From: a virus
Reading direction: 5' to 3' (one strand)
DNA length: 64,000 bases
Virus record (IMG/VR): IMGVR_UViG_3300017527_000515
Location: 51,458 to 115,457 of that record
Position 1 is the first letter of the stretch; each line of letters begins with the position of its first letter. This document shows positions 28,078-40,000 of the stretch, piece after piece. The notes below the pieces were generated by a model. That model was not told where the DNA came from. It did no database searches and saw only the letters and a program-made list of their open reading frames with translations. A program made the position numbers and the translations under genes.

Positions 28078-31000
28078 TTAACCTACACCAGGTCTTGTAG
28101 CGAAGTTCTGTGCATCTTGTGCGTATCGTCTGGCTTCACCGACTTCATACTGCATACGCCCCTCGAACCTAGTTACTCTGCTGGTTATTTCACTTATGTT
28201 ATTTCTATTAGTATTAATATCATGTGTGACCTGATTCATAGCTTCTGACACTGCGCTTTGTATTTCAGGCTTCACATTATTAGCTGTCAAGGCTTTGGAT
28301 TCTAGGTTAACCATTCTTTCCTCTAATTCTCCCTTGACTGTTATTAGTTTGTCCTGTACATCAACTACTGCGTTAGATATTGAATCTAGGCTGTCTGCTC
28401 CTACAGATCCATTAGCTGATGGATTAACATCTACAGTGGCATTAGCCAGCGCCTGGCTTATAGCATTGGATATTTCCGAAGCTACTCCAGCAGCATCTAC
28501 AGGTACGGTAACGTCGGCAGTATCAACCCTGACCACAGCGCTGTCGGTGTCTACCTTAACTACCGCGCCCTCCAAGTCTACTGGTACCTTAGCATCAGTT
28601 GTATCTACCCTAACTTTAGCGTCAGCTTCTACTTTAACTTCTGATGATTCTATAGCACTCTTAACCTGATCTGCTATCTGACTAGCTACTTCACTACCAT
28701 CTATTTTAACAGTGGTTGAGGTTAAGGATGCTCTAGTCAAATTATCATCTACCATACCGCCCGCCTGGAATCCCTTAGGTAGTATGGTTTCTCCCTTCTG
28801 AGCAAACACCGTACCAGTTTGGGCAACAACTCCACCATTATGCATCACTGGTCTAGATTTATTACTACTAAACGTGTCTTTATAAAACTGTTTAGGTACT
28901 TCGTAGAAACCCTGTTTCATTGCTTCGAACATTCTTCCCAGCTTCTCTCTTGCTGAGAAACCTCGGGTTTCTTTCTCGAAATCTTGTTTACGACCCTGGC
29001 CAGCTATTTTTATCTGGTCTCTTACTGCTCTTAGCTCAGCAGGTTCCAGTTTACCCTTACCGAATCTACCATATAACATAGCCAATGAGTCTACAGTTGC
29101 TGCGTCTTTGGCCATACCGAATTGGTTAGCTATATCCTCAGCATTAATGGCTGCTTTTTCCAACATGGCCTTAGCAGCAGCAGCGCCTACCTCATCCCCT
29201 GCTTCTTTAAGTCTGACATACTCTTTAAATAGATGAGGACTGGCAAGAAATGCCAATCTAGGATCTTTTATTCCATATTTATTCTCATCAACCTTTTTAC
29301 GAACGTCATGGAAATTTTTAGTAAGTTTTATATCCTTCATCAGAGGCTTGATCTTGTTCATGTCTACATTGCCGGACATAACCATAGCTTCTAGACTTTT
29401 TAACTCATCTTGTCTATTAAAGTTTGGATCATTCTCTGATAAATATCTTAACTTATTGTAATATTCATAGGCCAGCTGGGTATCTCTACCTATACCTGCC
29501 GTACCGTATAGATTTTCTAAAACATTACGATCCGGTGCTTGAGGATCTACCTCGCCCTGCATAGCCTTTCTGCTTATACCAGCCACTAGTTGAGCTCTGG
29601 CTACCTTAGCACGTGTATCCTGTAGTTTCTTACCTGGGTTCGCACCTGGGGTGGCCTCGTATCCAGGACCCACCGTTGGAAGCGGTAGTTGCCCTCTGGC
29701 CATAGCTTCTTTTCTTTCTTTATATGCTAATTCATTAAGGTCATATTTAGATTGAACACCGTGGGATAGACCTTCCGCACTAACTATACCGGTTTTAGAA
29801 TCGAACGTATAGTTGAATAGCCCTTTACCCTTAGGTGCTGGTAATATACCAGGCTCTCTCAGTGCGTCATAAACTTCTTTATCCCTCTTAAGAGCTTGTC
29901 TATTCTCGCGTTGTATTGTTTTAGCATGCTCTGCTTGAATCTGGTTATAAACATCCACATTACCAGAAGCCTTTGCCGCAGCAAGTTGTTCTTCGTAGGT
30001 ATGCTTACCTACTAATGCTTTCTCAGCGAACGCCTGCTCATTCAAAGCTGCCAATCTCTTACTTTCTTCCTGAACAGTTAACTCAGCAAATCTAGCAGTA
30101 GGTTGTCCAGCACCAAATGATGGATCTGGGTCTACTATACCTGTATTAACTCTATATGCTTTATTGTTTGCAAAAGTACCTTGATCTCGGCGTGCTGTAG
30201 TCATAGCGTCATCTGGCAAACCACCTACTATGTTACCGTTCTCATCCAGCTCAACTATCTCTCCATTTATCTCGGTGAATCTTCTAGCCAGACCGCCCTC
30301 TGCATACTTCTTACGCTTCATCCTACCGCCCATGCCTTTTTTATCTATAGCATCAAGTATATTAGTCTTGGTGTCTTTACTGGTAAGATAACTAAATGTA
30401 CGGGCATCACTTCCCATTTCAGCAAGTTCTTCTTCTGTAGCTTCTACCTCACGGCCGAAGTAAAATTCTTTAGCAGTCTTAAGCCATTCGCCTATCTGGC
30501 CTATAATACCGCCTTCGGCGTAATGCTTACGCTTCATCCTACCGCCCATGCCTCTAAACTCTGCTGGTTCGGATAAGGCTATACCATACTTATGGTATAT
30601 GTCATTTTTCATATCATCACTGAGTAATTTTCCCGCGCCTATATTACGGAGAAACTCCCCAATTTTTCTTTTTTTCTCATGGCGTTGCTTAAGAGCGTCT
30701 AGTTGTTGTTTTAGTTTTTCCTTTTCTTCTTTAGATCGTACCGGCTCAGTTTTAGGTACGAAAGGTTTTATCTTACCACCATCACCATACTTCTTAATCA
30801 TGCCGCCCATACCCTTACTATCTATGTCACCTGCGGCATCAAGTATATTTTTCTTGGTTTCTTTGCTGGTTAGATAGCTAGTGGCTCGACCGCTTTCGGC
30901 GCCTCTGGCTAAATCTTCCTCACTTACTTCTACATCCCTACCAAAAAAGAAATCCTTTGTTGTCTTTAGCCAATCTTTGATGCGGCCCGCCATTCCGCCT

Positions 31001-34000
31001 TCGGCGAAATGCTTACGCTTCATCATGCCGCCGCCGCCTTTATTGTTGTGCGGGTCTACTGCATCAAGTATGTTCTTTTTAGTATCCTTACTTGTTAAGT
31101 AACTAAATGACCTGGCGTCTTCTGCCATTTCAGCTAGCTCTTCTTCTGTAGCTTCAACTTCGCGGCCAAAATAAAACTCTTTGGCGGTCTTTAGCCAATC
31201 ACCAATCTGGCCCATAATACCGCCCTCAGCAAAACCAGTGAACAATTTAGTATATTCCTCTACTAACGGGCTCTTAATTTCTCCAGCTTTGACTAATTTC
31301 ACAAACTCTGCAAAGTTTTCTCGGCCAAATTTAGAAGCATCTCCTGTGAATCTCTCAGCATATTTAGACACTGGAGGTTGGGCTATAAAACTATCCATGA
31401 AATCCTTCATCTTCTGAAGTCTTTCTTTAGTTAGGGTCTTAGCTATCTCTGGATCATCTATATGTTTACCTATTAATGATGGATCTTTTAAGAATTTCTT
31501 TACAGCTGATTCTGTTACATGGCCTCCTATCTCATGCTCAAATCCGCCCGCTACTACTTTTCTTCTTGATGCTAAATCAGAAGCTTTAGCCAAGCCTCTA
31601 GAAGATGAAACTATATCTTGTCCCTCTTTAAAAGTAGTAGTTAGCTTTTGTCCTTCCTTAGCCTTAGTACTTACCTTTAGATTAGGATTAGTCATAAGAC
31701 CGGCTACAGGATGATTAGATCTAGCTAGTTTAAATTCCTCGTTAAGTATGTCTATATTTTTAGCTAAATCGGCCTTATTGGTTGCTTTACCTACAGACCC
31801 TGATAAATCCACTGCTGTATCTAGAGATTTAAGAGCCTTTCCTGATTTACCTAGATGCTTTATAGACCCAGGTACAAATGGCAGCACTGCTAGACCGGCC
31901 AATCCTCTACTCAAGGGACCCAGTTTCTCATCAGTGATAACATCTATACCAGTTATAGCTTCTTGAGCGCTTTTAACATCACCCACTATAGGGGAAGCGT
32001 CTAATACAGTAGAAGTAGCAAGCTTACCAAAAGACTTTAATTCGTCTTTAGTAGGAGGTCTGTAAATCTCATCATATTCTGCCTTGGTCATAAATGGTTT
32101 TCCTGTAATGGTGCTAACAGGAGCTCCATACGCAGATCTCATTTTGCGGCCTGAAGGACCTACATATAAAGGATTAGTTTCATCATACTCCCTAGAAGAA
32201 ACCAACTTGTCAGGAAATCCTCCGTTAGCCATCCCCGGAGGTAATTGACCTTCCTTATTCATATATTCAAGAGCAGACATTCCTAACTTAGAAGCAGATG
32301 CTGCTTTGATTACATATTCACCTGGGCTTAACATGGCAGGGACCTTGTCTTCTTTAGGACCACCTTCACCGAACACTTTACCGCCCTGAGCTCTGCCCGT
32401 TCTTTTCTCATGCTCAGTTCTTGAGTCTATAGATTTCACATTGAATTTGGGGTCTGTGTACGGGACTTTTTGTATTCTACGAAGTCTTTCCGCCTCGTGT
32501 TGATCATAACCCTTATCCACAAACGCCTGTCTATTAATATCTGGAGCTTTAGATTTAATAACATCCAGCAATGCTTTGATGCCACCATCAATATTATTTA
32601 GAACTGATGTTTGATCAGTCAATACCCCAGTTTGTGCATCAATACTCTGTTTTATTTCCCCCTGACCAGCAGCAGTTTTTTCAGTCTGTACGTTTATAGA
32701 CTGATCCACCTTGTTAAATCCAGTCTTGTTTTCCTCTATTAGTCTTAACCTGGTTTCCTCATGTGCATTAGCTCTTTCTGCCGCGGCCTCTTCTAATTGA
32801 TTTTTATATTCCTGTAGCTGTAATAATTTCTTATTCAGCTCTATTAGCTCAGTTACTCCTTGAGGTGTTCTCCCCTCTTCTATATCTTTTTTATTTAGAC
32901 CTATTATATTCTCTCTTGCTGTCTGTACTGCCTTAATCTTGCTGTCTATAAGAGAAATAATCTTTTGGGTTTCCGCCTGTCTCTGTCTGGCCGCAGCAAT
33001 ATGATCTGGCATCTGTGGACCAACAAAAGATTGCTCGGCTGGTGTATAACTTCTTAAATATTTTAAGGCCTCTGACTCGTAAGCAAAACCACCGCCTTGT
33101 AGCCCTGGTAGTTTACCATACTTATTTATGTATTCTAAATTCTTACGACCTAATTTAGCTGCAGATGCTTGGTTTATTACGAATTCTCCAGAGCTAAGCA
33201 TGGCCATTATGTTATCATCTTTTGGTCCACCTGGTCCGAATATAGCTCCGCCAGCGGCCTTTTTAATAGCCGAATCAACCACCTTCACTTCTAAAGGATC
33301 TCCTAACTTGCTTATCATCTGTTCCATATAACCGGCTACAGATGTAAGACCTTCTTTTGATCCTCTGGTACTTTCTGCTATACTAGATAGATGGTCTATC
33401 ATTAGCTCTTGATTAGATGCTAGACCCATCTTCTGGAATTCTTTTCCGTACTGTTCTTTTAAGGAATTCTTTAAGCCTTCGAATTTACTGGTTAACTCAT
33501 CAATTTGCTCTACAGTTATACCCCTACGTTCTTTCTTACCCTCAGCATTTATTATCTCATCGGGGGCCGCCTTTAGAAACGCACCGGCCTGTTCTTGTAT
33601 AGCTTTAGCAGTTGCTTTGAGTTCTGGAGACACATTATTGTTTCTAGTTATACGTTCTAGATCAGTCATAAGTGTTAGGACTGGATCAGTTTGTCTCTTA
33701 AATCTCTCATCCTGTTTTTGCTGCTCTTTAGCGCGAGCTTCGCCTTCGTATTTAGAATCTAGAGACAGATAACGCTGCAGCAACTCAGACGTTTGGCCTT
33801 GCTGCTGCATGGCTCGGAGGATCTCTGCTTCCTCAACGTTTCTTCTGGTGTCAAATTCCTTTAGGTTAATTCCACCTCTGGCTGCCTCTAATCTAGTGGC
33901 TGGGTCTACAAGCTGTAATGCGTCTGCTCCACTTCCGCCAAGAAATTTATCTGTTTTAGCTCTGAACTCTTTAATACTAGCTAATTCATCTATAGCGTCC

Positions 34001-37000
34001 TGTACTGATACTTCGGTAAGTGCGTCATTAAGTTTGAACATAGCCTCACCTAATAACACTGTTCCGTTATAGGCTGCGACCACAGCGGGGTTCATAGCAT
34101 TAGCTAGACTATCAGCATATTTTTTAGTAGACTCTATAGTCTTATCTAATTCTTTCGCAGCATTGGCATTCTCACCAGCTGCTGATTTGGCGTATTCAGC
34201 TCTTCTCTTCTCTGCTTCGGCTAACTTTTTCTCAGCCTCCATCAACTGTTGATGAATTCTCATCTTACCTTCATCTACAGATCTTTGTTGTTTAGATATT
34301 AGCTCGTCTCTTTCAGATTTTATACCAGCAATTTCCGAGTCCATACCCTCTAAGGCAGACAGTTGGTTATAAACACCATCTTCCTGGTATTTTTGTCTTA
34401 GCTGCTCTAGTCTAACTATTTCCTGTTCGGTCCTTGTTATGATGTCCTGAGTGCTCTTAAAAGCAGTCATAAAACCTCTAAGGTCTTCATCAGCAGAGGC
34501 GAAAATTCTCTGCTGTGTGGACATCCCACTTCGTTCTAGAGGTAGTTGTGCGTCTCCTGCGAAACCACGAGTGTCTCTATTTAGAAAGGCACCTAAGCTA
34601 TACTTTCTGGCTACCTCTAATTGAACAGCCTGATTGGCCAAGTCTCTAACAAAATCTTGTACCTGTTTGCGTATACCCTCAAACAGTTCCAATCTATGCA
34701 TAGTATCTGCATTGCCCTCCATTTCTCTAGTGAGCGCAGCTATTTCACTGTTCACGCCGCCAGTAGTCTGGGCCAATGCATCTAGAGCTTGCTGGGCATT
34801 ATAAAACACATCCAATGCTTGTTTCTGTGCTTCAGAGTCCAAAGGCTTTTTAAGGTCTTCTTGGGCTCTTTTAGATTGATCAAGTAATTCCGTTATTATC
34901 AATTCAGCTACTTGTGGCCATTCACTGGCTATCTTATCCAGTAGTTCTCCTCTCTGCTCAGATAGTCTTTCTATGTCTGCTTTTCTAACTCCAGGACCAG
35001 TTAGTTCAGCGAAAGTCCCGGCCAATGTAGAAGCTAGGGCAGCCGCTAAAATTTTCTTTAGGCCGCCAGCACCGCCTTTAGAAGCCTCGTCTCTAAGAAC
35101 CGCAGCCCTTTTCTCTATCTCAGCCTCCGGTAAGTCCTGTAAACCGGTTAGTCTGGCCTTAAATGCTTCTCTTATGCCTTCTCTGGTAGTACCAGTTATC
35201 TCTTTTACTCGGTTCTCAAAATCACCCTTGAACTCCTTACCTGCTGAGCCTAAATCTTTTAAGGTACCGATAGATACATCACCAGATTCTCCCACTTCTT
35301 TGAGTGTTTTACCTAGCTCTTTACCGAATTCCTTAGCTGATTCTGGTAGCTCTTCTCCTGTTATCTTAGATGCTGCCTGCATAGCGGCGTATAGAACTAG
35401 AGAAGCTCCACCTATACGTTTAACGTTGGTTTCACTTATACCAAATGCTCTAGCTAGTGCTATTGTTCCAGTCTCAAGATTGGCTAGGCTAGCTACTATA
35501 GTATTGAAATCCAAAGATTTTTGTTCGGCAGCTATTGCTTTTTCTAAAGCTGCTACCTCAGACTGTCCAGTGGCTATTCTACCCTCGTCTCCTGCCTTTT
35601 TGGCTTCCAATAAAGCAGCTTTTTGGCCAACTAATTGCTCGTTCATCACGGCCAACGCTGCTGATGAATTACTCTTACTGAATGATTGGAATGCAGCAAC
35701 GGCTGCTGAGACCTTCAATAAATTCTTAGAGTTAAAGAAAGTTTTTTCAGATAATTTCTTCTCTGCTTCTTGTATAGCAACCAGCTGTTTGAGCTCATCA
35801 CTCTCAGCAAAGCCAGGGATTGATTTTAGTTTGGGTATTGGAATTGGCCCGCCTACTCCGGGTAAAGCAGTAAACCCCCTCAATCCTAACTTTGTTCTAG
35901 GACCAGCGTCAGTTTTAAATCTCTCGGTAAGTTCGTTAGACTGTAATCCTCTGAAAGATCTTTGTAGATATTCCTCTCTGCTCAAACCTGCTCCAGGTAA
36001 TAACCTAGAAGGACTTAGACCTACAGCAGCCTGTCCTCTACCAAAGGTGGTGAATTTGTTCATGGTGTCTACTAAAACATTTATCCTTTCTTCCAGAACT
36101 GCACGTTCTCTAGGACTGGCACCTTCTCTAGCGCCTGCTGCTTTATGTATTTCATGGGCTATCAACAGAGATATACGTCTTGCTTCTGCTCCACCCTGCT
36201 CATCTTCTGGTCTACTATCAAATTCTGCCACTCTTTCCTGTAGACCTATTATTTTATCAGTAAGTACCTGATTGGTCTGACCCAATGAAACTAACTCTTC
36301 CAGGCTGGTAGCTATAGGATCTAAGGCAGTAACATTACTCTTAGTTAAGTTGTTTATATCTTTAGATAATGTAGCCCCTACCACATCACCAAGTACAGTA
36401 CTTTTTTCTATAAATCCTTTTATTTCCTCTGGGGTAGCATCAGGGCCTATAACAGTCCCTATACCTTGTTGTGTAGCTGTAATAGTTTCTATTGCCACCT
36501 TAGCTCTAGCTAATTCTTCTCTACGTTGTATAAGAGCTTGTCGTCTTACATCAGCAGACCTGAAGTTTTGAGCAGCTCCCTGGTATTGAGGTTGATTTAA
36601 TAGAGCTAGTTGTTTTACAGTAAGATCCTGTACACTACGAACACCAGTATCTATATTATCCAAACCCTCAGGTAATCCAGCCAACAAACCAGAGGTGACT
36701 TTCACAGATTCCTGACGAGCCTCTTCTATAGCTATATTTTCAGCAAGAACTCTAGTACCTTGCTCTATAGTCTTAGACAGATCAGCAAACACAGCTGCGT
36801 ATTGTACAACCACTTGGTTATTCTTAAGTACAGCTTGTTGTGCTAATAGCTCCTGATATACCTCCTCAGAAGCATCGGAAGTTTTTTCTAATGATCCTGC
36901 TTTATCAAATCTTCGTACAGATTTATTATATTTTTCCATGGGCTCTAAGAAATATTTTCTAGTATCTGATGCCCATTGCTTCTGTAAATTAGTAACTTCG

Positions 37001-40000
37001 CCAAACTCTCCGGTTTGAAAATTAAACCCTCTCTGACCTTGTAGTGCTGTGGTTGTGGATATATCACTATAGAATCTAGCACCTAGATCAAAATCTTTCT
37101 TGAATGCTTTCTCGTCTAAACCTACTATACCGGCAGCGGCTCCTGTTACAAAGGTACTTAAGTTCTCTAATCTGTTTTCTAATTCTGACTGTACTCTACC
37201 AGCAGGGAATATGGCTTCTACCATATCTGCTACTTCGTCAATAGATTTGGTTTCTAACTCGCCGACACCTTCTTTGGCTTTATAATTATAATAGGTAACA
37301 AAAGCTTCTAGAACCCCGTCTACATTCTTCTTTACCTCTACTACACCCTGCTGACCAGCTATACCTGCTCTGGCTGCGGGCTGAGTTAAGAATGTTACTA
37401 TGTCGCCGGTAACTAATTTAGTTCCTTTCTTGGCCTCTTTTTGTATTATACCAGATCCTTCCAATAGCGCCTTAGTAATATCCTTAGCGGCGCCTATAAC
37501 AGCTCTTCTTGTAGGAAATACCTGTTGTAATATAGTAGCCCCTTGCAAGTCTCTACCTTGTATCTCTGGAAGATTTAGAAACTCAGGGAAGTTTATAGTT
37601 GATCTACCACCTGCTGCAGTAGGATCAAACAGTGTAGATGTGCCCTTGGGAGCATTTGGAAATTTAAGTGCTCTCTCTAACTCTCTTTGGGCATTTGCCG
37701 CATTTATAACTGGATCTACTTCCACAGCAAACTGGAAGCCCCTAAGTAGTTCCGGGTCTCCTAGTAATCTAGCTATAGTATCTCTATCTACAGCTGAAGC
37801 TCCTGGAAATTTGAATATACCAGCTAGAGTTTTATTAAAATCCTTAGCTGTACCATCATATATTTTTTTAAGTTTTCCTAAAGCATCTTGTAGAGTAGAT
37901 ATATCTTCATCAAACGCTGTAGACAGTGGATTCTGTGATCTGGCCAACAGAAGATCATTTAACCTGCCGGTTAGCATCTCCATTTGTTTAGCTGGAGAAA
38001 CCTTAACTATATCTTTTAATAAAGGACCGAATCCTGGTACTTCCCCTAAAGCAGTGCCTAATATATTCTTTATCGATTCCCCAAAATCTACCTTAGTTAG
38101 ATCCTGAGTGAATCTCTTCAATACATCTATATCAGTCTTGGCCAGTTCCAAAGCGCTGGCTCTTTGTAGGTTAGCTATATATTCTTTATAGTCGCCAGAT
38201 AGTTTAAGTATAGCGTTACCTTGTTTATCATAACTCAACACTAGCTCATTATTTACCATGGCTAGTTCGTTAGCCCACTTGGTAGCATCTTTTTGTATAT
38301 CACCTAATGCTATTAGAGGATGAGTGTAATTATCTGATGCTTTTCTAACCTCTTTTAACTTAGGATCTGCCTCTACCGCGTTAACTTCTTTTACTTTCTT
38401 TTGTAATCTATCATATTGTCTAGATAGGGTAGTTAAATTCTTAATTTGATCTTCTTGTACTCTTCTGGAATTATATACAGACTGTGCATAATCCTGAGCA
38501 GTCATTCCTGTTTCTTGTATTCTACTTGCGAGTTCCTTGAAAGCCGGAATTAATGCTCCTACTGTTATAGCCATAGGAGTTATAGCCTTAAGCAATCCTG
38601 GATCAGTATCACCTATAAATTTAGCAAACTGAGCACCAGCTTCTCCGAAGTACTTACCGAATAATTCAAATGCTCTGCCTGAATTTTTAGCTACCTCCTC
38701 CATCACATTTATTACAGCTATAGTAAGATCGTCTTTCCATCCAGGTATCTTAGTAGCAAGTAGTTGTCCTACATCAGTGAATAAATCAGTGCGCTCGGCC
38801 CATTTCTTAACTTCGTCACCTAGCCCTTCTATTGTTTTACCCATCTCCTCGGCAGAAGTTCCTCCGGCAGCTGCCCATGTGTTAAACGCCATACCAGCTT
38901 CTTTGATTACGTATGTTAATTTTCCAAAACCAGAATGTAGATCATCTAAACCAGCAGCCTTTAGAGCATCCGGGACGCCTTTAGCAAAAGACTTTATACC
39001 TTCTAACTGAGGTCCTCCTTTGCCTCCGAAAATCTCAAAGGCAGATATGTCGAACTCTTTAGATACAGATCTAACAAAAGCGTCTATTACTCCTTTACCC
39101 TTACCAAATACTTCCACTAACTTATCAAATATATCCACTCCCTTAGCAGCATAACCAAAGAATAATGTAAGCGCTGCACCGGCAGCTTTAACCGGGGTAG
39201 GTATAGCGGACATGAATTCGAATACGGTCTTAAGAGCTTTAAGTCCACCCTTGAACACTGGGAATATAAACTTACCAAGCTCCATCTTCAGCTCAGTAGC
39301 AGCTGCTCTGGTTTGCTCTAACTGTTTAGCGTACGTTTTCATAATCTCAACGTTACGTCTTTCAGCCGAGCCCTTAGAGTTAGTACTGTCCTCTATGGCG
39401 TCCAGTACCTCATCCCAATTATCCATAGCAACCAACAGTGCGTTATACTGTCGGGTGCCACCTAGAGATTGTGCTACATTAAGTTTTTGGGCATTAGTAA
39501 GCATAGCCCACTGTTTGGACAGATCAGATAAAATATCAAAACCACGTCTATTCTCGCCGGTTGCTGTTATAGTAGGAATACCTATTTCTCCAAGAGCCTT
39601 AGGACCCTTTTCCGAGAATAAACGACGGGCAATGAATCTCATCGCCGTACCGACTTCCTTACCAGACTGTCTGGTTACAGAACCGATACCAGCCACAATA
39701 CCATTTAACTCATTGAATGTGAAACCAGCATTCTTGGCTGCTGCAGCAGACTTCTTGATAGCGTTGGCCATATCAGCAGCGGTAATAGCGTGTCTGGCCT
39801 CAGTTTCACTCCAAGCGTCTAGTGCCATATCCGCTGATCCCATCTCAGTTCCGAATGATTTCATGGCAGCAGTTAGTGCCTCTGTAGCTTCTGAGGCTGA
39901 CAGTGTAGAAACGTTAGCTGCTAGAGTAGAAACTCTTGTTCTTTCTATAACTTCTGATTGTTTTAAACCTTGTTGTGCAAAGATCTTCATACCACGAAGA

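Noticed and set aside
34973-36271. 432-aa plus-strand ORF, and other long plus-strand ORFs at 37400..38107, 39212..40051, 47771..48490 and 50651..51190
   Set aside because: They are antisense shadows of the TMP: Ser/Leu/Pro-rich with no motifs or evident RBS. Long open antisense frames are expected opposite a long, codon-biased gene.
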